A DNA stretch of 64,000 nt from Octopus sinensis. Its lineage: Eukaryota. How positions within the stretch are numbered: position 1 is the first letter of the stretch; each line of letters starts with the position of its first letter. Of this stretch, positions 54,885 to 64,000 are shown in pieces. Below the pieces are notes generated by a model. That model did not search any database. It was given only the letters and a program-made list of their open reading frames with translations, and was not told where the DNA came from. Position numbers and translations under genes: made by a program. The DNA lies in the NCBI RefSeq assembly GCF_006345805.1, contig NC_042998.1:161138001-161202000 (forward strand). The letters run 5' to 3'.

Positions 54885-55240
54885 GGAATTAAAAAAGGAA
54901 AATACACACACTTTTCATAGTTTTAATATAATTGTTAATATATTAACCGGTTTCGCTTTCGCTATTCATGATATTAAGGTTTACTTATTTGAATATGACT
55001 TCACAAGTAGAAAAATAAGGGGAGGCAATTGGTTATCATTCTCCCCTTATTTTTCTACTTGCGAAGTCATTCACTTGTAAATATCATCACACACAACATG
55101 GATAAAAATTTCTTCTTATGAAAATACATATTCAAATAAGTAAACCTTAACATCATGAATAGCAAAAGCGAAACCGGTCGATATATAAAAAATTATATTA
55201 AAACTATGAAAAGTGTGTGTATTTTCCTTTTTTAATATCC
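54885..55240. mobile_element. Nested foldback element carrying two inverted minimal hammerhead-like motifs (Penelope pLTR-like)
   Basis: Outer arms 54885-54997 and 55127-55240 differ by 6 substitutions and 1 indel. Inner 30-bp hairpin at 54995-55070. Confidence 0.8.
55149..55186 (+). ncRNA. Minimal type I hammerhead-like fold with an A3-U8 core
   Basis: AACAUC-AUGAAUA-GC-AAAA-GC-GAA-AC-CG-GU-C-GAUAU; the inverted copy is at 54935-54977. Confidence 0.6.
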
Positions 55241-55799
55241 TATATATATTACAACTCACCACGTGGAGATAATCAAAATTCCATCTTTTCTGTTACTACT
55301 ACTATATATATATATATATACATATACATATGAGAGGGGCTATTTCAACATGTGAGATCTAAGCTCAGAGTGTAGAACAGTGAAACTAAATTACAATAAG
55401 TCTGGTAATCATTTTTACCATTTCAAGGCTTTCTTAATTAATTGTTATTAAAAGAAAGAAAGCTTCTCCTATATCTAAAATGAATTGTGGCTTCTCAAAG
55501 TGTAGTACAATATTTTATTTTACTGTATTTACAGTACCTGTATTCTTTTAGGCTAATAAAACTTGTTCTTTACTTAAATTATATTTTTATTTTTTCCTAT
55601 TTCTCTCATTTCCACGATATGCAGAATGTTAATGATAATACTGATGTACATATATAATTTTAATGTGTTTTCTAAGGTGGTGTGGTAATTTAAAAAGGGA
55701 TGATCAGATAAGCAGTAAATTCAACCCTTTGGTCCAAATAGTGCTGGATTGGAGGGATTTTACTGTATTATGTAAGATTTGATGTTAGACTCAACTTAC

Positions 55800-56070
55800 A
55801 ACTCAATTTGATCTTTCACCTGCTCTTTAGGAGTCTTGTGAAGTTCGTTCTGTTGGAAGAATTCAGACGTGCAGATGTCAAGGCTGGCCATCAACCATTT
55901 CAGTGTCAACAGTCCAGGTGAGCCTGTAGATCTTATGGGAATCGCTGTTCTTCCTTTGATCAACTTAGAAAATGTTGTTTTTTTAAACAGCATAAATTGT
56001 TTGAATCCTTCTAATCATGGTGCATCTGCCATCAAATGAATTTTCATAATCTGTTATTCCATCAGCAGGT
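55800..56070 (-). mobile_element. CR1-like AP-endonuclease relic
   Basis: KLIKGRTAIPIRSTGSPGLLTL...ASLDICTSEF aligns by eye with QLV..PTRIPDR....PN.LDLFLTS.PDIC...PLG.SDH. Confidence 0.55.
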
Positions 56071-57986
56071 AATCACCTATATTTATATTGAGTTAATAAA
56101 CCGGCTCGAAATTGATTAGAACTTTGGTAGTTTTATGGCTCCAACTTTGAAATCTCTCACATGTGAATGAACAAATATTAAACAATGCTCATAGACCTTT
56201 GCAAAATTTATTGAAATTTGTAAGAGCAAGGAAACCTAGATTGAAAGGCTCATTTGTGTAACAAAAGAATAATAGAACTACAGAAGAATTACAGAATAAG
56301 TATATGGGAATTTTATGCGTTCTCTGTATGTTAATGATGTTATGAAAAAATTTCTTACAAAAGTTTTAGACAAATTTTCTGTCTTATTAACATAGCAAAA
56401 ATAGGATAATTCATTCATTTACATGTGAGAACAAGTCGATCTTGGCATTTTAAACCAACAAGCTGCTCATATTATTTCAATTTCATTAAGGCAGCGAGCT
56501 GGCAGAATCGTTAGCAAACTGGACAGAATGCTAAGTAGTATTTCACCCATCATTATGTTCTGAGTTCAAATTCCACTGGGGTCGACTTTGTCTTTCATCC
56601 TTTGTGAGGTGGGTCAATAAAATAAGTACCAGTAATCGACTGGCCTCTTCCAACCACCAAATTTCAAGCCTTGTGCCTATAGAAGAAAGGAGAATTGTAA
56701 GCATGTTGGACAAAAATGCTTAGTGACACTTCTGGTTCTTTATGTTCTAAGTTCAAATTCTGTCAAGGTCAACTTTGATGTTCATACTTTCAGGGTTGAT
56801 AAAATAGAATGAGCAAAAGTTGAGCACTGTAATCAACTTAATCCTCTCCCCTAAAATTTTAGGCCCTGTACTTAGGGCTGAAAGGATAGTTTTAAGTTCA
56901 TTAAAGGGAAGCAAAATGGCAGAATCAATAGAATGCTAGACAAAATATTATGTGTAGTTAGTTACAACTTTTACATTTTGAGTTCAAATCTCGCTGATGT
57001 TAATTTTAATTCCTTGTATTCCCAGAGTTGATAAAATAAATACAAGTCAATTTGTGAAATTGGTATAGTTCACCTAAGTCATTCTCCCAAAAATGTGCAG
57101 GTTTGTTCCATTGCAGGAAGTCATATTATTTCCTGTTAGTTTAGTCAAATACATTCTTTCTCTTTGACTACTTTGTGCACTGCTATGTAACAAAGAATGG
57201 GAATAGTTCAAGAGAGAAGGAAATGATAGAAGTTAGACATAAATCTGGAACTAACTGACTAAAGAATCAGCATATGACTAATTTATTTCTTCCAAGTTTT
57301 AATATGGTATATTCAAGATAATATACAAGATCTAATTTCAAGTATATAGAAGTTAAATTTTATGCAGAATATTCATTAGACAATGATTACTTAGATTTCA
57401 TGCCAAGCAATTAAAAATCAATAAGCCTGTTCTACTTGTCAAATAGCTGCCCAATGAAGAAGTTTCTACATACTCTCTTGAACAGCTAAAAATAGCAGCC
57501 AGTTCTTTCACAAAGCTCATCCTCTTGTGTTCAAAAAAGTGAGAAACACTAAACAATGTACTCCTACACAATTAAAAAGACAAAATAGCCATAGCTGGAA
57601 TGTCACTGAAGATAGATAACTATTTGCTCTGGATTGAACAGGAGCTAAGTAAAAAAAATTGTTTATCAAGATATGATTAACATTCACTTGTCTAATTGTA
57701 TGGCTCAACTCCATACATTTTGTGGAAAAAAAACTGAATATAATAGAACAGAACAAAATACTGTGAGGTATACTATCCATATTGATCTGGCATTTTTGTA
57801 AGTATGAAGCTTAACAAAACCAAGAATTTATATCGTTGACACAGGCCTGGCTGGCTCCACAGCTGCATGGTTTTAGATTCTGTTCCACTGAGCAGTATCT
57901 TGAGCAATTGTCTGCTACTATAGTCCTGGGCTGATCAATGCTTTGTGAGTGAATTTGGTAGCCAGAAGCTGTGTGGAAGCTTATCA

Positions 57987-58078
<92 letters not shown>

Positions 58079-58138
58079 CATAAATACATATATTTATACA
58101 TACATACATACACACAGACATTCATACATACGTATATA

Positions 58139-58600
58139 CAGGTGTTCAGACTAAATTTGACGTTTTTATGTTCCATTTTTTTCAGAAACAATTTGATGTG
58201 TTGGTGACCAATCAATGGTATTCAAGTTGTAGTTGGGAACTGACATGGAGAACTGGAAGCCTTCTGAATATTGGAAAAGAGTATCATGATGATTTGCATC
58301 AAGTATCAGAATGCAAACATTATATTTGCTGCTCAATGCTCTGACATGGACAGCAACAACAGAGACTACGAAGCCATACCTAGTAGGAAAGGACACAGCA
58401 GTTGCTCTGATTATGTCTGCACACTAGAATTCATCCCCACTTCTTTGAACAGAGCCTTTGGCTCAATTCAGATGGCTGCTGGAGACTGTGATCAATTCTT
58501 GGCTCAGGAGGGTTGCAACTGGGAGGCCATTTGTATTACCACTATAATTTGGATAAATTTGGATAAATTACTCTTACCTTGACACAAAACTGAAGCCTAA
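58139..58600 (+). mobile_element. Internally deleted second maT/DD37D-family transposon
   Basis: SRKGHSSCSDYVCTLEFI matches KHKKHSKHSEIIRTPEF of the 19-kb element. It is joined directly to PHFFEQSLWLNSDG / LETVINSWLRRVATGRPFV, matching PQGPRINTATYIEVLEIIVKPWIDSVCNGRPYV. Begins TA|caggtgttcag. Confidence 0.7.
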
Positions 58601-59574
58601 AACTTAGAACACATATACATACATAAGTACACAGATATGTTTGTGTATAATATCTATTACTTTATTGAAGCAATTTTATGCATATTTTAACTTTAACTAG
58701 CATATCTAATTCTGCTAGTTTGGCCAAATTATCCACTTATACTGTTTAATAAATTTCACCTATATTGATGCTTACCTTTTTTTTCGCATTCTTTTACACT
58801 ACCTTTTTTCTTCTCCTTATCCTCAGGATGATAGAAATATATTTTAATTCTTAATTTACTTTATTTTAAAACATTTCCTTGTGTGCATCTTTTTGTTTTC
58901 TGTTTCCTTAAAATCCAAATGGCATTGTGTTTAGTGTTATAGAAAATATCTTCATAATGTTTCGAACAAATGAAAAACCATAAAACCATATTCCTTATTT
59001 TTAAGAAAAATATATATAAAAAAAAATAAAGTTTTTCTGTGTAAATACTTAATTGTTTCTTATTTCTCGATGAATGAATGATTAAATGATTTCTATATTG
59101 GTCTTAAACAGATTTACAGTTGATTAACAAAGAAAAATCTTTTACATTCAATTAACCACACGCAACCAATCAATAGAATGTACAGTCAAATTACTTTCAA
59201 ACTATCTTAATCTTTAATCATTTACAATGTTCAACAATAGTCTAAATGTTAACTATCTACCTAAATGTCTTCAGAGAAGAGATAGCTTTCTTCTTCCTAA
59301 CATTGTATTTCAAACAATTTCTATTCACCACATTTCCTCTTTCTGGTAATAAATTTATTTCGGCTAAGACAACAGCAGTTTCTATAAGTGCATTTAAGAT
59401 TTACTTCAGTGATTCGTACTGAATCAAAATTCTCAACACATGGTTGGCCTCGTGCTAACCTCCATACTGTTTCCTATTCTTCACTATGACCATCACCATT
59501 AAAAATCACCCACCCCCTATTTTCTTTCTTCATTTCTTCTTTTTCCTCCTCTTGTAGTTCCTTTGTTTCTTCCT

Positions 59575-59760
59575 CATCTTTATTATCATTGTCATCATCA
59601 TCATCCTCGTCGTCGTCGTCGTCGTCATCATCATCATCATCATCATCATCGTCGTCATCATCATCGACATTGGCAGTTGTCATTGTCGTAGTCATCATTA
59701 TCATCATCATAGACACCATTATCATCATCATCATGAGCACTACCACCTCCACCACATATC
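59575..59760 (+). repeat. (ATC)n/(GTC)n triplet tract
   Basis: Directly visible. Confidence 0.95.
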
Positions 59761-61580
59761 CCATTTATATGTCATGTGTTTCACATAAAATAAGGCGAGA
59801 GCTGGAGTCTTTACATGGTTACTTAATCTGTTTGAAATAACAGTCAAATGTTCATTGAAATCACAACCTACAGCGTCAAAAAAAAAAATTAAAAATAGAA
59901 CATCATATTTGAATAAAAAGCAGAATGGTCATTGCTTAAATGCCTATGGCCATAGAACTGCTTGATTTGAGCTAATCTGAGGTTAAAAAAAAACAATATC
60001 TTTCACATTTGCCAGAACTGAAGAAAAACTATCGTCAACATTCGGAAGGTAATGGTTAACCCAAGGTTATTATAAAATACTCCAGCCCATGGTATCACAC
60101 AGTGGGATTGAACCAAAAACCACTTGGCTGTTCTTGCACTTGTAGATATGCTTTGAAAATTGATAAAATCAAACAGCATGAACAACAACTAAATCATTAG
60201 ATTTATGAGGGTTGGAGATTTATGGTAACTGAGGCTGATGTATATATCAAGACAAACTTGAATAAAAAGTGATATGAAGGAATGATAACTAAGGAAACAG
60301 AGAAAAAGAAAACGAAGATACCTGTTGAACTGATGCCATCAGAAGGGAAAACAAAATAAAACAAAAAGTAAATAAATAAAAAAGATTAAAAATATGAAGA
60401 TTTCTTCGATAAAAGAGGTTAAAATAAAGGTAATGATGTCATTGTTGCTATTGATGTTCATGATGATTTAAATAAGATAATTTTATTTTCATTCAAGCAT
60501 TACACTGACGTGATCATCATTTTATTGATTATACTACAAGAAAAAATATTTTATATGCATACTAAGTGATTTCTGTAAGAATTCTTCTAATCCCTAGTAA
60601 TAATCATATGAAAGCGGGTAATATAATATATTTTACTTTTCCTTTTTTAGCAAATTTCATTTCTAAAATAACAGTGATTGAACATGTTGGCTTTGGTTAT
60701 GTCTTTTAACTGAATAATTAAAATAAATAAATAAAAGAAAATAAGTCATACATATACATAAAAAAAAATTATTCATGAGTATCATTGCAGTGATTTCTTA
60801 TTTCATTTTATGCCAAGTCCTTACATTATAAACATTTTCCAAAGTGTAATCTACTTTTAGATTTGTTCTTGTTTTTTCTCTTTGTGTTGAAATATAATTT
60901 TTCTTGAACCTCAGGAATTTTGTCTTTTTCTATGAAACACAGTTCCACATGTGAAAATTTTATTCATTTCAAAACTGTTTTATTATTATTTTTTTTTTCA
61001 GTACAAATGGCATTACTTGTTCTTTTTAATTTCCTTCTCCAAATAAATTTCTCAGAGCCATTAATCTAACAAGATGAAATTAATGGATAGAATGTCTTAC
61101 ATGAATGATTATATCAGTATGGCAAGATTCAACTTGATATTTTTCCTCCAAGTATTTAGAAATAACAAGAGTGTTAACTTCAAAAAAGAAAAAAAAATCA
61201 TACTGTATCTAACAAATAACTTGATCTTATATTCATATCTTTGTTGTTTCTTTCTATGAAATTTCTAATTGGAAGAGAGACATAATTCACAAAAATACTC
61301 CAAGAAATTAAATTTAAACTACAATCCTGATTTACAATCTTTGGTTGAAATATTGCCAAAAAATCTGTGAAGATCTTTTCATGAAGAAAGAAAAAGGCAC
61401 AATCTTCAAAATGTGAAGCAGTTACATTATATAGCCTAGGACTTTTATATAAATATCTGAGATGATTTCTTTTTATGTAATTCTTAAGATAAATCATGGT
61501 TGTTGCTGTTCCCCTGGTGCTCTGCCTTCATTAAGCAGAACTATGGTCAAAAGTATTCTAGCTGTTACCATCTCTTATTT

Positions 61581-61787
61581 TTAACTCTAGCATTTAAACT
61601 GGCCATATCTGGTCCAAATATTCTGATCAGATCCTGCCTTTAACACCTACTCTACAAAGTCCCTCTGAAAAACAAACAATCACATAACCAAAATCTTGAA
61701 GTTTCAAGATAATGCATGATTAATTCAAAGCAATGTGAATAAATAAGCATTACATTTGACAAAATAATTTGAATGCTAAAGAGTTAA
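61581..61787. mobile_element. piggyBac-like MITE
   Basis: TTAA at both ends, with TIRs ttaactctagcatt / aatgctaaagagttaa. Confidence 0.6.
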
Positions 61788-62595
61788 GGATATGTTGGAC
61801 TACTTTATATTATTTAACTATAAGTTATGATTTCAGGGTGATTTGAATATTGTTTTTGCTGAGAGAGCAACCATGTAGAAGCTTCCTTGTTGAGTGGCTG
61901 TTGCAAATGCATCAAGCTATAACATTTCAACTTTCATTAAAATTGATTATATTTATTTAGAATTAGCGTTCTGTAATTACAAAGATTTGTTTGTTGATGT
62001 TGGATCAAACTGTTTTCACAGTGCCGTTTCTCTGAAGTTCTATGGACGTTGTTTATAGAAATGTTTTCTGTTTAATATAGTTTTGTACATTCTTGTTAAC
62101 AGGAATCTTTAACAGAGTCATAGATTTTATATTTGTATGTTTTTTTTATGGTTTTGGTAAGAAGCTTGCTTCTCAACCACATGGTTTTGGGTTCCAATAT
62201 GTGGTACCTTGGCTATAACCTCAGGTGAACCAAAACCTTGTGAGTGGATTCGGTAGAAACTGAAAGAATCTTATAGATATCTATAACGTATATATATATA
62301 TGTATGTATGTATGTATGTATATAAAATCTAACGTAAACAGAAAATGGAGAAGTATTTCTTTATTTTCTGTTTACTTTAAATTTGATTCCTGATAGACTC
62401 ATGTTTATCTTTGTCATTACCTGTTATCTATGAGCATAATATGCTTGCATATGTATATCCAGGGTTAACATAGGTAATTATACCGGTAGTATAACGGATA
62501 CTTTTATACCTTAGATGGTTATTCCAAGCTCTAACTCTACTAACCTATATATGTATATATGTATTGGCATATATATATACACACACACACACACT

Positions 62596-62654
<59 letters not shown>

Positions 62655-63259
62655 GCATGTATGTATGAATATGTGTGGGTGTTTGTCTCTCCACCCACTT
62701 GATAACCAGTGCTGGTGTGTTTATATCCCTGTAACTTGTAACTTAGTGGTTCAGCAAAAGAGACTGATAGACTAAGTATTAGACTTTAAAGCAATAAGTC
62801 CTAGGGATCATTATATTAGATTAAAATTACAAGGCAGTGCTCCAGTATGGCCACAGTCAAACGACTGAGACAAGTTGAAGAATAAAGATAAAAGATGTCA
62901 GTCACAGTTGTCTCACCACCAAAACCAAACTAGTGAGATTGATTTTGTTGGTGTTCAGTTTTAGGATCTGAGTCTGCCACTGTTGGAGAAATGTGAATGA
63001 AAAGGCCATTCTAGAGGATTTTCATTCTAGTTGATAAGAATGGGTAAACTTGTTAGTGTGAGGTTCTTTAAAAGGAAATGTGGAAAGGGTTTTAAGAGGA
63101 AAAGAGATAGGGATAGATAGGTGTATTGGGTAGATTTGCAAATCTTCTGCTCTTCTGCACCATGCATCTATATGAGAGGATCACTGAAAGCTAATAAAGC
63201 AGAATTCAACATTCTAACAAGACATCCACGTTAAATTGGATATAAAGATATATATATAT

Positions 63260-63494
63260 ATATCAATTTAAATACACAACAAAAAGAGCTCCCAATAGTT
63301 TCATGCTATTATGATACTTGCTTGAACAGGCTTATTCATAAAATATGGCATGCATGTATCTTAAAGCAATGATTATAAACAGAGCCTGAAAGATTACTTT
63401 AAGATACATGGCGTATTATATAAATATGCCAGTTCAAGTATCATAACAGCATGAAACTATCAGTAGCTCTTTCGATAATGTTTTAAATTGATAT
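63260..63494. repeat. ~235-bp imperfect inverted repeat (foldback)
   Basis: Arms 63260-63370 and 63393-63494 are complementary, with a 22-nt spacer. Confidence 0.85.
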
Positions 63495-63556
63495 TTATCT
63501 CTCACTGGATTGAGTGCTTTTCTTGTTGATTCTCTCTCTCTCTCTCTCTCTGTATA

Positions 63557-63598
<42 letters not shown>

Positions 63599-63604
63599 GT
63601 ACAA

Positions 63605-64000
63605 ATCAAATCAAATCAAATCAAAACAAATCAAAATAGATGAACATCAATGGAATTTGTATCTTTGTGGTACCAGTGCCGGTGGCACACAAGAAAACTA
63701 TCCGAACGTGGCCGTAGCCAGTACCGCATCGACTGGCCTCCGTGCTGTGGGCAAGTAACAAACACCATCCGATCGTGGCCGTTTCGCCAGCGTCATCTGG
63801 CACCTGTGTCGGTGGCACATAAAAACACCATCCGAAGACCCGGCAAGACTAGTCAGGCCATAACCCGTGGCCCCTACCTGGGACGTAGTCAGTCCACCTG
63901 TGCATACATTCCTTCTTGTGACACTTGTGAAGACCTGTTGAGGCAAGTGAAAATCAATCAAAACAAATCAAAATAGATGAACATAAATGGAATTTGTATC
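63605..64000 (+). repeat. CpG-rich direct/tandem repeat with a 337-bp period, cut by the window edge
   Basis: tcaaaacaaatcaaaatagatgaacat..atggaatttgtatc occurs at 63621 and again at 63958. Confidence 0.8.

Noticed and set aside
55831-56068. Two plus-strand exons with near-consensus splice sites and a 73-nt intron
   Set aside because: The second has stops in all frames, and the opposite strand matches a CR1 endonuclease. Treated as chance sites, although exonisation is not excluded.
58186-58582. 103-aa ORF, exon candidate, and a C/D snoRNA-like ATGATGA...CTGA
   Set aside because: The sequence is a maT transposase deletion derivative, and the box pair lacks a terminal stem.

Overview
Eukaryotic, AT-rich and extremely microsatellite-dense DNA. 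The repeat landscape (tRNA-derived SINE families, RTE/R4/CR1/Penelope relics, mariner/maT, HINE-like elements) is typical of an Octopus genome; the species call is inference. Genic signal is sparse: a probable terminal coding exon at ~117-449 (+, product unrecognised) and a divergent promoter at ~7050-7300 (minus-strand ATG GCG GCG|GTAAGT with a YY1 motif; plus-strand exon ending at a GTAAGT donor at 7299). CpG is abundant up to ~11.3 kb and largely decayed afterwards, consistent with the remaining ~52 kb being a methylated gene body or long intron(s). Nearly all ORF-track entries are microsatellite or transposon translations. The most notable result is a set of type I hammerhead ribozyme (HHR) folds in three unrelated Penelope-like relics (25297-25374 +, 31946-32019 -, 55149-55186 + / 54935-54977 -). 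The last pair has a non-canonical A3-U8 core (AUGAAUA) and sits in a nested foldback with a 30-bp inner hairpin. All alignments and folds were done by eye; no database search was run.
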